DNA of 64,000 nucleotides from Candidatus Rokuibacteriota bacterium (GTDB lineage: Bacteria; Methylomirabilota; Methylomirabilia; Rokubacteriales; CSP1-6), in contig QHRX01000009.1 in the NCBI GenBank assembly GCA_003221455.1, positions 10,031 to 74,030 on the forward strand, given 5' to 3'. Both the position numbers and the translations under genes were made by a program. The notes under the pieces were generated by a model that was given only the letters and a program-made list of their open reading frames with translations, was not told where the DNA came from and did no database searches. This document shows, piece after piece, positions 19,716 to 29,061 of the stretch. Each line of letters opens with the position of its first letter. Within the stretch, counting starts at the first letter, position 1.

Positions 19716-20669
19716 ATGAAGTTGCCGAGTCGCGTCACGATCTGCGAGGTCGGGACCCGTGACGGGTTCCAGATCGAGCCCGACTTCATCCCGACCGATC
19801 TGAAGGTCGAGGTGGTGAACGGGCTGGCCGAGGCGGGCCTGCCCCTGATCGAGGTGACCTCGTTCGTCCACCCGAAGGTGGTGCCCGCCCTCCGGGACGC
19901 CGAGGCGGTGATGGCGCGGATCGCCCGCCGGCCCGGCACCGTCTACGCCGCCCTCGTCCCAAACGACACGGGCGCGGTGCGGGCCGTCGACGCGGGCGTC
20001 GACGAGATCCACACGGTCGTCTCGGCGAGCGAGAGCCACAACCTCGCCAACGTCAACATGACGATCGCCGAGTCCCTCGACCGGCTGCACGCGGTCATGC
20101 GGGTGGCCGAGCGGGCGGGCGTCCGCGTGGTGGCGGGGATCTCGACGGCCTTCGGCTGCCCGTTCGAAGGCGCGGTCCCGGTGAGCCAGGTCGAGCGGAT
20201 CGTGGCGCGGCTCGCCGACATGGGCGCCCGCGGAATCGGGCTGGCCGACACGACCGGGGTCGCGAATCCACTGCAGGTCACACGGGTACTCGAGCACCTG
20301 GCGCCGAAGTTCCCGACCCTCGAATGGGGGCTCCACACCCACGACACGCGCGCGATGGCGATCCCGAACGTCCTCGCCGCCATGGCGCACGGGGTGACGC
20401 ACTTCGACGCCTCGATCGGCGGCCTCGGGGGCTGCCCCTTCGCGCCCGGCGCCTCCGGCAACGTCTGCACCGAGGACCTCGTCCACTGCCTCCACGCCAT
20501 GGAGGTCGAGACCGGCATCGACCTCGACCGCCTGCTCGCCGTCTCCAGGCGCGTCGAGGGGATCGTCGGCCGCGCGCTCCCCGGCCAGGTCGTCAAGGCC
20601 GGGCCGTACACCCGGCGCTATCCCGTCCCCGACGGGATCGCCCACCGGCTCCCCGCGACGGCCGAATGA
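19716..20669 (+). CDS. hydroxymethylglutaryl-CoA lyase
   Basis: TIM-barrel HMGL signature (VTICEVGTRDGFQ, GLADTTG, HTHDTRAMA, GGLGGCPFAPGASGN). Confidence 0.85.
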   Translation: MKLPSRVTICEVGTRDGFQIEPDFIPTDLKVEVVNGLAEAGLPLIEVTSFVHPKVVPALRDAEAVMARIARRPGTVYAALVPNDTGAVRAVDAGVDEIHTVVSASESHNLANVNMTIAESLDRLHAVMRVAERAGVRVVAGISTAFGCPFEGAVPVSQVERIVARLADMGARGIGLADTTGVANPLQVTRVLEHLAPKFPTLEWGLHTHDTRAMAIPNVLAAMAHGVTHFDASIGGLGGCPFAPGASGNVCTEDLVHCLHAMEVETGIDLDRLLAVSRRVEGIVGRALPGQVVKAGPYTRRYPVPDGIAHRLPATAE

Positions 20670-21220
20670 ACAAGACGCCGCGGCGGATGCTCCGGGTGAT
20701 GGACACCGCGCTCAAGTGGTGGCGGCTCCCCGCCATCGGCCGGGACAAGGGCCGGCTGATCCGCCGTCTGATCGAGCGCCACCGGCCCAAGCGGGCGATC
20801 GAGATCGGCTCACTCTTCGGCTACTCCGCGGTGTTGATCGGCGCGAGCCTCCCGGCGGGGGGCCGGCTCGTCTGCATCGAGGCGAGCGAGTTCCTCGGCG
20901 AGCTCGTGCGGCGGAACGCCGAGGCCGCCGGCCTGGGCAAGCGCGTGAGCGTGACCGTCGGCGACGCGCTCCGCGTCCTCCCGCTCCTGCGCTCGCGCTT
21001 CGACTTCGCGCTGATCGACGCCGCCAAGGAGGAGTACCTCGATTACCTCCGCTCGCTCGAGCCGAGGCTCGTCCGGGGTGCCGTCGTGGTCGCCGACAAC
21101 ACCGGGATGTTCCGCCGCGAGGTCATGCCCTACCTCGACCACGTGCGCGGGAGCGGGCGCTACCGGACGCGCGAATACGATGTCGGCGGGGACTGCATGG
21201 AGGTCTCCATCCTCTCGTGA
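20666..21220 (+). CDS. class I SAM-dependent O-methyltransferase (caffeoyl-CoA OMT-like)
   Basis: AIEIGSLFGYSA motif I and VVVADN. ATGA overlap with the HMG-CoA lyase stop. Confidence 0.75.
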   Translation: MNKTPRRMLRVMDTALKWWRLPAIGRDKGRLIRRLIERHRPKRAIEIGSLFGYSAVLIGASLPAGGRLVCIEASEFLGELVRRNAEAAGLGKRVSVTVGDALRVLPLLRSRFDFALIDAAKEEYLDYLRSLEPRLVRGAVVVADNTGMFRREVMPYLDHVRGSGRYRTREYDVGGDCMEVSILS

Positions 21221-22179
21221 CCCCGCCGGCGCGCACGGCGGCCTACCTGAGCCCCGGCGGTGATCTCGGGGTGGCGGTCGGGCTCGCCCGGCGCGCGGAG
21301 GGGCTCGGCTACGAGAGCGTCTGGGTCACCCACGGCACCGGCCGCGACTCCTTCCTCGTGCTGGCCACGTACGCCTCGGCCACCAGCCGCGTCGGCCTCG
21401 GCAACGGTGTGGTCCCGATCTACCCGCGTCACCCGACGGCGGTGGCCCAGGCCGCGCTGACGCTCTCGGAGCTCTCGGGCGGCCGTTTCCGCCTCGGGCT
21501 CGGCGTCAGCCACCGCGCGGCGATGGAGGGGATGCTCGGCCTGCGGCTGGCGGAGCCCCTCTCCGTCATGCGGGAGTACGTCGCGGTCCTTCGCGGGGCG
21601 CTCGGACGGGGGGCGCGGTTCGTCGGGCGGCACTACCGGGTCGAGTGGAGCATGACCCTGCCCGACCTCCCCCCGGCGCCGCCGATCCTGCTGGCCGGCC
21701 TCTCGCCGAAGATGCTCGAGCTCGCGGGCGAGGTCGCCGATGGCGTGGTGTTGTGGCTCTGCACGCCGCGCTACATACGGGAGACGGCCCTGCCGGCGCT
21801 CGAGCGGGGGCGGCGCCGGGCGGGGAAGACGCTCGAGGGCTTCGAGATCGTGGCCGCCGTGCCGCTGGCGATCACGGACGACCCGGCGGGGGCGCTGCGT
21901 GCGTTCCGCGAGGAGCTGGTCCGCTACCTGGCGCTCCCGTTCTACCGGGCGATGCTCGAGGAGAGCGGCTTCGGCGAGGACGTGGGGAAGTTCGATCGCG
22001 ACCGCGTCGTCCCTGAGCGCCTAGCCGGGGCGCTCGGCGGCATCGGCCCGCCAAAGACCGCGCGCGCCTACGTGCAGGCCTACCGCGACGCCGGCGTGAC
22101 GCTCCCCGCCGTGCGGCCGATCACGTTCCCCGACGCCCCCTGGTCAGCGCGCACGCTGGACGAGGCGCTCGCCGGCTGA
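21217..22179 (+). CDS. LLM-class (luciferase-like) flavin/F420-dependent oxidoreductase
   Basis: Luciferase-like TIM-barrel pattern (GYESVWVTHGTG, RFRLGLGVSH). GTG start overlapping the upstream stop (GTGA). Confidence 0.75.
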   Translation: MTPPARTAAYLSPGGDLGVAVGLARRAEGLGYESVWVTHGTGRDSFLVLATYASATSRVGLGNGVVPIYPRHPTAVAQAALTLSELSGGRFRLGLGVSHRAAMEGMLGLRLAEPLSVMREYVAVLRGALGRGARFVGRHYRVEWSMTLPDLPPAPPILLAGLSPKMLELAGEVADGVVLWLCTPRYIRETALPALERGRRRAGKTLEGFEIVAAVPLAITDDPAGALRAFREELVRYLALPFYRAMLEESGFGEDVGKFDRDRVVPERLAGALGGIGPPKTARAYVQAYRDAGVTLPAVRPITFPDAPWSARTLDEALAG

Positions 22180-22257
22180 GGGGCGCCTGCCGCCGGCGGC
22201 GCGCCCTGGGAGGGCGACGCCCTGCGGGGGAAGCGAGCCGGTATACTTGGAGCCACG

Positions 22258-23169
22258 ATGATGCGCCTCGCCCCCATGGCCGGCGTCACCAACGCGCCGT
22301 TCCGGCTGCTCGCGCGCGAGTGCGGCAGCGATCCCGTCACCAGCGAGGAGATCGACGCCCGCGCGCTCGTCCATGACAACAGCCGCACCCGGGAGATCGC
22401 GCGCTTCCTGCCCGAGGAGCGCCCGATCACGATGCAGCTCCTGGGATCGGAGCCCGACGTCCTCGCCGAGGCCGCGCGCCGACTCGAGGCCGAGGGCGCC
22501 GACGCGATCGACCTGAACATGGGCTGTCCGGTCCCGAAGATCGTGGCCAAGGGCCAGGGGGCGGCGCTCATGCGCGACCCGGCCGGCGCCGCCGTGATCT
22601 TCCGCGTCATGCGCAGGGCGATCCGGGTGCCGCTGACGATCAAGATCCGAGGGGGCTGGGACGACCGGTCGGTGAACGCGGTCGAGATCGCGCGGGTGGC
22701 AGAGGGCGAGGGCGTCGGCGGGATCACCGTCCACCCGCGGACGCGCGCTCAGCAGTTCACCGGGCGGGCGCCGTGGGAGACTATCGCCTCGGTCGTGGAC
22801 GCGGTCAGGCTCCCGGTGACCGGCAACGGCGACGTGCGCTCGCGCGCCGACGCGGAGGCGATGCGGCGGGCCACAGGGTGCGCGGGCGTGATGGTGGGTC
22901 GGGGCGCGCTGGGCGCGCCGTGGGTCTTTCTACCGGCGCCGCCGGCGCGGGCGGAGCGCGCGCGGGCGATCCGCCGCCATTGCCAGCTGATCATGGCGCT
23001 CCTGCCCGAGCGCTCGGCGCTGCTGCAGCTCCGCAGGCACTTGGCGTGGTACGCGGACGGGCTTCCGGTAGCCGGCCAGGCCCGCGCGGCGATGTTCCGG
23101 GTCCCGGACGCGACGGCGCTCCAGGCGCTCTTCTGGAGCCTCTGGGAGGGCGCGCCCGCCCTACTGTGA
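22258..23169 (+). CDS. dus: tRNA-dihydrouridine synthase
   Basis: LAPMAGVTNAPFR N-terminus, DLNMGCPVPK with the catalytic Cys, HPRTR. Confidence 0.85.
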   Translation: MMRLAPMAGVTNAPFRLLARECGSDPVTSEEIDARALVHDNSRTREIARFLPEERPITMQLLGSEPDVLAEAARRLEAEGADAIDLNMGCPVPKIVAKGQGAALMRDPAGAAVIFRVMRRAIRVPLTIKIRGGWDDRSVNAVEIARVAEGEGVGGITVHPRTRAQQFTGRAPWETIASVVDAVRLPVTGNGDVRSRADAEAMRRATGCAGVMVGRGALGAPWVFLPAPPARAERARAIRRHCQLIMALLPERSALLQLRRHLAWYADGLPVAGQARAAMFRVPDATALQALFWSLWEGAPALL

Positions 23170-24263
23170 CTTGCCGCGTGCGGCGATGTCCCACACGGCC
23201 TCGACGCGCGCGCCCCGCATCGCGTACACGCGGTCGTACAGGTTCATCGTCGGATCGCAGTGCGGCGGGAAGAACTCGACCCGCTCGCCGAGCCGAACGC
23301 TGCCGCGCGGGTCCCGGCTCAGCAGGCGCCCGTGTTCGTCCCCGGCGAACTCGTAGACCACGCTCGGCCGCTCCACCGGCTCTGGCCCGAAGGGGCGGTC
23401 CGTGGCGAATGCCTTCAGACCGGCGTCTACGATGGCGAGGTCCGGTGCCGGCACGCTCACGACGGTGGCGAGCACGGTCAGCGCCATCTCGAAGTCGGTG
23501 AGCCGGTCGCCGGTCCGGCCGCCGATCCGAAGGTAGTCGAGATCCATCACGCAGTACGACCCGCACTGGAGCTCCGTGAGCCCCGCGAGGTCGGAGTCGA
23601 TGTCGTAGGTGCCGGTGGAGCCGCCGCTGACGATCTCGACCGGAATCCCCCGCGCCTCGAGGAGCCGCCGCGTCTCGATGAGCGGCGTCATCGCCTTGAC
23701 CGCCGCCTCGCGCCTGGCCGCCCAGCCGACGATGTGCGCGCACTGCCCGGCGTAGCCCTGGAGGCCGCGGAACCTGAGCGACGGGGCCGCCGCCACGGCG
23801 CGGGCGAGCGCCAGCGCGGGCTCGCCCGGCCCGGTGCCGGTCCGGCGGCCGCCGACGTCGACGTCGACCAGGACGCCGAGCACGTGCCCGGCGGCGCGGG
23901 CCGCGTGCGCGAGGTCCCGCACGTTGTCCGGGTGGTCGACCACGACGAGCACGCCTGGGTCGTGGTCGAGGAGGCGCATCAGCCGGCCGACCTTCTCGTC
24001 GCCGACGACCTCGGTGGAGATCAGGAGGCCGGGGATCCCGGAGGCCGCCATCACCTCCGCCTCCGCGAGCTTGGCGCAGACGACGCCCGTCGCACCGGCC
24101 GCGACCTGGCGCCGCGCGATCTCCGGGCACTTGTGGGTCTTCGCGTGCGGGCGGAACTGCTTGCCCGCGGCCGACACGTGCGCGGCCGCGGCACGGAGGT
24201 TCCGGTCGAAGCGGTCGAGGTCGAGGAGAAGGGCGGGGGTGGGAATGTCGTCGCGGATCACGG
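23161..24263 (-). CDS. fold-type III PLP enzyme, D-serine dehydratase-like (DSD1 / D-threo-3-hydroxyaspartate dehydratase / D-threonine aldolase family)
   Basis: PTPALLLDLDRFDRN start region, PHAKTHKCPE with the PLP lysine, alanine-racemase-like N-domain. Start assigned to the GTG giving VIRDDIPTPALL. The ORF is open further upstream. Confidence 0.7.
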
Positions 24264-24334
24264 CCGAGACTCTAGCACGCCGTCCGCCGCACCCGGCCTG
24301 TCTATTGCCGGGTGCGTTCGGTATCATCTGAGGC

Positions 24335-25186
24335 TTGACGATGAACGTGGCGGAGAGCCTCGAGGCGTTCGTGACCTGGCGGGAGACCGTCGGCGGACGA
24401 CTGGGCCTCGTGCCCACGATGGGCGCGCTCCACGACGGCCACCTCTCCCTCGTCCGCCGCGCGCGGCGCGAGACCGACCGGGTCGTGACGACGATCTTCG
24501 TGAACCCGACGCAGTTCGGCTCCTCCGACGACCTGAAGGCCTATCCGCGCGACCTCGACCGTGACCTGGCCCTCCTCCGGGAGGAGCGGGTGGACTGCGT
24601 CTTCACGCCGGGGGAGGCGATGATGTACCCGGGAGACTTCTCGACGTGGGTCGTGGTCGAGCGGCTCACCGACCGCTGGGAGGGCGTCTCGCGGCCGGGC
24701 CACTTCCGCGGCGTCGCCACGGTCGTGCTGAAGCTCCTCAACATCGCGCGCGCCGACCGCGCCTACTTCGGCGAGAAGGACTACCAGCAGCTGCGGGTCG
24801 TGGAGCGGCTCGTCCAAGACCTCAACGTGCCGACCGAGATCGTCCCCTGCCCGACGGTTCGCGAGTCCGACGGGCTCGCGATGAGCTCGCGGAACGTCCA
24901 TCTGTCGCCGGACGACCGTCGGGCCGCGCTCGTCCTCTTCCGGGCGCTCAGCGCGGCGCGCGACGCCTGTCACGCGGGCGAGCGGAACGGCGAGGCACTC
25001 GGCCGTCTCGTCGCGGAAACGATCGGCCGCGAGCCCCGCGCGCGCGCGGACTACGTCGCGGTGGCCGATCCCCGGACGCTCGAGCCCGTGACGCGGGTCG
25101 GGCGCGGCGGCGCCGTGTGTCTGGTGGCGGTCTGGGTCGGCTCGGTGCGGCTCATCGACAACGTGCTCCTCGGATCGCCCGGCTAG
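24335..25186 (+). CDS. panC: pantoate--beta-alanine ligase
   Basis: PTMGALHDGH, FVNPTQF and HxGH-type nucleotidyltransferase motifs. 283 aa. Confidence 0.9.
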   Translation: MTMNVAESLEAFVTWRETVGGRLGLVPTMGALHDGHLSLVRRARRETDRVVTTIFVNPTQFGSSDDLKAYPRDLDRDLALLREERVDCVFTPGEAMMYPGDFSTWVVVERLTDRWEGVSRPGHFRGVATVVLKLLNIARADRAYFGEKDYQQLRVVERLVQDLNVPTEIVPCPTVRESDGLAMSSRNVHLSPDDRRAALVLFRALSAARDACHAGERNGEALGRLVAETIGREPRARADYVAVADPRTLEPVTRVGRGGAVCLVAVWVGSVRLIDNVLLGSPG

Positions 25187-25228
25187 CCTCGCGGCGTCGG
25201 TCGGCGCGGCCGGCGGCCGGGTCCGGCG

Positions 25229-25682
25229 TCACGCGGTCGTGACGGCCTGCGCGGCGTCCTTCGGGTCGTCGGGGCGGGGCGGGAAGTGCGCGCCCAGCGC
25301 GCGGCCGATCTCGGCGACGGCCGCGGTCACGCCGTCGCGCATGCGCCCCGCGCGGAGCTCCCGCTGCAGTACGTCGCGCACGGAGTCCCAGAGGCGGTAG
25401 CCGACCCGCGCGTGGATCCCGTCGTCGCCGACGATCGCGAACTTGCGGTCGTCGACCGCGAGGTAGAGGAGCACGCTCGCACGATGGTGGGTCCGGTGCA
25501 TGCCGAGGGCGTGGAACACGCGGCGGGCGTGGGCGAGCACGTCGCCGACCGCGCGTCGCTCGAGATGCACGCGGATCTCGCCCGCCGTCTGCCGCTCGGC
25601 CGCGGCGACGGCCGCCCGGATCGCCTCGAGATCGGCGGGCGAGAAGTGCCGCTCGACCCAGTCCGGATGCGGCTCCACCATC
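25229..25682 (-). CDS. TPM-domain protein (cytoplasmic type)
   Basis: TPM (TLP18.3/Psb32/MOLO-1) domain pattern. ATGA overlap with the upstream TPM gene. Confidence 0.7.
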
Positions 25683-26400
25683 ACCAACTCCCGCTCGCGC
25701 CGCCCCCGCCGAAGCCGCCGCCGCCCCCACCGAAGCCCCCGCCGCCGCCGAAGCCCCCGCCCCCGCCGAAGCCGCCGCCGCCGAAGTACCAGCCGCCGGG
25801 CCCCCCGGTGTAGCCGCGGCGGCCGTGGATCCCGGGCTGACGGCGCGAGGCGACGGCGAGCATGCCGAAGACGACGACGGAGAGGAGCATGAACGCGATC
25901 GGCGCCAGCGAGACCGCGTACGCGGCCACCGGCCGCCGCGCCGGCCGCGCGCGGTACTCGCCGGCGATCGCCTGGAAGATCGCCGTGAGCCCCGCGTCGA
26001 GGCCGTCGGCGTAGCGCTCCTGCCGGAAGAGCGGGGCGAGCTCGTGGCGGATGATGGAGTCGGCGACCGCGTCGGTGAGCCGGGCCTCGAGCCCGTAGCC
26101 GACCTCGATCCTCACCTTGTGGTCCTGGAGGAAGACCAGCACGATGACGCCGTTGTCCCGGCCGGCGTGCCCGATCTTCCACCGCTCGGCGAGGCGGATC
26201 GAGACGTCTTCGAGGCTCTCGCCGGCGAGCGACGGGAAGATCGCGACCACGACCTGGTTGCCGGTTTGCAGCTCCTCGGCGGCGGCGCGGCGCTCGAGGC
26301 GGTCCCGGTCGGCGGGGCTCAACACGCCCGCGTAGTCGTTGATGTGCCCGCTCGGCGCGGCGGGGAGCGTAAGGGCGAGGACGAGGAGCAGCGGGACCAG
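25681..26400 (-). CDS. TPM-domain protein, YgcG-like, signal peptide + C-terminal TM helix + Gly-rich tail
   Basis: Signal peptide (LALLVPLLLVLALTLPAAPSG), TPM domain, C-terminal TM helix, then a GGGGF-repeat tail. No canonical start codon in frame just 5' of the signal peptide. Start uncertain; it may use a non-canonical codon or overlap the lemA 3' end. Confidence 0.55.
   Translation of the reverse strand: MVPLLLVLALTLPAAPSGHINDYAGVLSPADRDRLERRAAAEELQTGNQVVVAIFPSLAGESLEDVSIRLAERWKIGHAGRDNGVIVLVFLQDHKVRIEVGYGLEARLTDAVADSIIRHELAPLFRQERYADGLDAGLTAIFQAIAGEYRARPARRPVAAYAVSLAPIAFMLLSVVVFGMLAVASRRQPGIHGRRGYTGGPGGWYFGGGGFGGGGGFGGGGGFGGGGGGFGGGGASGSW
25700..25790 (-). repeat. degenerate 15-nt tandem repeat encoding (GGGGF)n tail
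   Basis: ccgaagcc-containing units recur about 5 times and translate to GGGGFGGGGGFGGGGGF. Confidence 0.6.
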
Positions 26401-26405
26401 CAGGG

Positions 26406-27002
26406 CTAGAACTTGACCTTCGGGGGGGTCTGAGCCTCGGGAGCGGCCTCGAAGAAGGCCTTCTCTCGGAACCCCCGCAGGCCGGCGATCACGCTCCCGG
26501 GAAAGAGCCGCACCCGCGTGTTGTACTCCCGCACGGCCTCGTTGAAGCGCCGCCGCTCGACGGCGATGCGGTTCTCGGTGCCCTCGAGCTGGCTCTGCAG
26601 CTCGAGGAAATTCTGGTTCGACTTGAGCTCGGGGTAGCGCTCGACCGTCACGAGCAGGCGAGAGAGCGCGCCGCCGAGCTGGGTCTGCGCCTCCTGGAAC
26701 CGGCGCAGCGCCGACGGGTCGCTGAGCGCCTGCGGCGGCAGCTGGATGCTCGAGGCGCGCGCCCGGGCGCTGGTGACCTCGTTGAGGACCGTGCGCTCCT
26801 GGCTGGCGAAGCCCTTCACGGTCTCGACCAGGTTGGGGATCAGGTCGGCCCGGCGCTGGTAGACGTTCTGGACCTGCGCCCACTTCTCGTTCACGTCCTG
26901 GTCGAGACGGACGAGCTGGTTGTTGACGCTGATCGCCCAGCCGACGGTGGCGATGGCGAGCAGCAGGACGACGGCGAGGACGGCCAGGAGCGCGCGGGCC
27001 AT
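26406..27002 (-). CDS. lemA: LemA family protein
   Basis: N-terminal TM anchor, then the LemA helical bundle (NQLVRLDQDVNEKWAQVQNVYQRRADLIPNLVETVKG). Confidence 0.8.
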   Translation of the reverse strand: MARALLAVLAVVLLLAIATVGWAISVNNQLVRLDQDVNEKWAQVQNVYQRRADLIPNLVETVKGFASQERTVLNEVTSARARASSIQLPPQALSDPSALRRFQEAQTQLGGALSRLLVTVERYPELKSNQNFLELQSQLEGTENRIAVERRRFNEAVREYNTRVRLFPGSVIAGLRGFREKAFFEAAPEAQTPPKVKF

Positions 27003-27097
27003 AGGACGTACCGATTATAGCGAGGACGGCTCGGCTCCGCGAGCCGAGCGCCCGGGGTCGCGTTGACCGGGGCGGCCGCCCGGGCTACGATGCGGCC

Positions 27098-27910
27098 GTG
27101 CGCACGCAGCTTGCCGAGTACCGCGTTCCCGCGCGCAATCCCTCCGGGCACTCCGCGAACAAGATCCACGACGACCTGGTCGCGCGCCAGCTCGGCTTCC
27201 GCGGGGGCCTCGTGCCCGGCGTCACCGTCTACGCCTACATGACGCGGCCGCTCGTCGCCGCCTGGGGGCGGGAGTGGGTCGAGGGCGGGACCGCGTCCGT
27301 GCGGTTCGTCAAGCCGGTATACGCGGGCGAGGTGGTCACGGTCCGGGCTGCGGGCGTGCCGGCCGATCCGGCGGCGCTCGAGGTGAGCGCCGTCAACCCG
27401 GCGGGCGAGCCGTGCGCGGTCCTCACCGCCCGGCTGCCGGAGCTCGGCGCCGCTCCGTCCGTCGACCTGGCTGCGTATCCCGCGCGCGAGCTCCCCGCCG
27501 AGCGGCCGCCCGCCACGCGCGCCGTCCTCGCGGCGCTCGACGTCCTCGGCTCCCCCGTGCTCCTCTGGGACGCGGCCGCGGCCGCCGAGGCCCGAGCGAA
27601 GTTCGACGACCCGGACCCCCTCGCCGGGGACGCCGCCGCCCTCGCGCACCCCGCCGTCTTCCTGGACCAGGGCAACCGCGCGCTCGACCAGAACGTCCGC
27701 CTCGGCCCCTGGATCCACACGGGCAGCACGGTCCAGCACCTCGGCGGAGTCCGGCCCGGCGAGCGGCTGACGACGCGCGGCCGCGTGGGCCGGCTGTTTG
27801 AAAAGCGGGGCCAGGAGTTCGTGGAGCTCGACCTCCTGGTGGTGGCGGGGGACGCACGGCCGGTCGCGCGGCTCTCCCACACCGCCATCTACCAGCTCCG
27901 GGCGTCGTGA
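27098..27910 (+). CDS. MaoC-like double hot-dog dehydratase/hydratase
   Basis: Two hot-dog halves (N-terminal half without the catalytic motif, C-terminal MaoC-like half). GTG start. Confidence 0.65.
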   Translation: MRTQLAEYRVPARNPSGHSANKIHDDLVARQLGFRGGLVPGVTVYAYMTRPLVAAWGREWVEGGTASVRFVKPVYAGEVVTVRAAGVPADPAALEVSAVNPAGEPCAVLTARLPELGAAPSVDLAAYPARELPAERPPATRAVLAALDVLGSPVLLWDAAAAAEARAKFDDPDPLAGDAAALAHPAVFLDQGNRALDQNVRLGPWIHTGSTVQHLGGVRPGERLTTRGRVGRLFEKRGQEFVELDLLVVAGDARPVARLSHTAIYQLRAS

Positions 27911-29061
27911 GCGGTCCGCTCGCCGGGATCCGGGTCGTCGACCTCACGAGCTACGTCGCCGGTTCCTACGCGGCGATGGCGCTGGCCGACATGGGGGCCG
28001 CGGTGGTCAAGGTCGAGTCCCTCGCCGGCGACTCGTTCCGCGAGCTGCCGGGGTTCCTCGGCTGGAACCGCGGCAAGCGCTCGCTCGCGGTGGACCTCAA
28101 GACCGACGCCGGGCGGGCCGTGCTCGACCGGCTCGCGACGCGCGCCGACGTCGCCCTGGAAAACATGCGGCCGGGCGTCGCCGACCGGCTCGGCGCGGGC
28201 TGGGCGCGGCTCTCGGCGCTCAACCCGCGCCTCGTCTACTGCTCGATCACGGCGTTCGGCCCGACCGGGCCCGACGCGGGGCGGCCCGGCTTCGACCCGC
28301 TCTTCCAGGCGCTGGGCGGCGTGATGGCGCTCCAGGGGTTCGGCGGCCCGCCCCAGTACGTGCGGATCGCGGTGACCGACTACTACGCGGCGGCGCTCGC
28401 GAGCCAGGCGATCCTGGCCGCGCTCTTCGCGCGGGAGCGCACCGGCCGCGGCCAGAAGGTGGAGACGTCGCTCGTGCAGGCCGTGCTCGCGCTGCAGTCG
28501 GGCAACGTCGTCTTCTACCCGGACAAGGACACCCGCCTCCGCGAGAACCCGACCTACCGCCTCTACGAGGCGGGCGACGGCCGCTGGCTCTTCCTCGCCT
28601 GCGGCAACCAGTCTTTCTGGGCAAAGCTCTGCAAGGCACTCGACCTGGGCGCGCTCGTGGACGACCCGCGCTTTGCCTCCTGGATGCTGCGCGTCGAGAA
28701 CCGGGACGCGCTCTCGCCGCTCCTCGAGGCGCGCTTCCGCGAGTGCTCGCGCGCGGAGTGGCTCGAGACGCTGGGCGCTCACGACGTCCCGTGCGCGCCG
28801 GTCCAAACCCTCCAGGAGTTCGTCGCCCAGCCGGCGGTGGCGCGGCTCGCGATGGTCCGGCAGTACGCGCATCCGGAGGTCGGTCCGCTGCGGCTGATGG
28901 GCCAGCCGCTCGGCTTCTCGGCGACGCCCGTCGTTGACCCCGGTCCCCCGCCCACCCTTGGCCAGCACACCGACGAGATCCTGGCCGAGGCCGGGTACGA
29001 TCGGACCGCGATCGCCGACCTCAGGCGCCGCGGCGTCGTCGGAGGAGGGTCGGCGAGGTAG
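27907..29061 (+). CDS. family III CoA-transferase (CaiB/BaiF-like)
   Basis: GIRVVDLTSYVAGSYAAMALADMGAAVVKVE N-terminus. GTG start overlapping the upstream stop. Confidence 0.85.
   Translation: MSGPLAGIRVVDLTSYVAGSYAAMALADMGAAVVKVESLAGDSFRELPGFLGWNRGKRSLAVDLKTDAGRAVLDRLATRADVALENMRPGVADRLGAGWARLSALNPRLVYCSITAFGPTGPDAGRPGFDPLFQALGGVMALQGFGGPPQYVRIAVTDYYAAALASQAILAALFARERTGRGQKVETSLVQAVLALQSGNVVFYPDKDTRLRENPTYRLYEAGDGRWLFLACGNQSFWAKLCKALDLGALVDDPRFASWMLRVENRDALSPLLEARFRECSRAEWLETLGAHDVPCAPVQTLQEFVAQPAVARLAMVRQYAHPEVGPLRLMGQPLGFSATPVVDPGPPPTLGQHTDEILAEAGYDRTAIADLRRRGVVGGGSAR

Noticed and set aside
25228-25243. Hairpin GTCACG-CGGT-CGTGAC between convergent panC and the TPM gene, considered as a bidirectional terminator
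   Set aside because: No flanking U/T tract and it overlaps the TPM stop codon. Evidence is too weak for an intrinsic terminator call.
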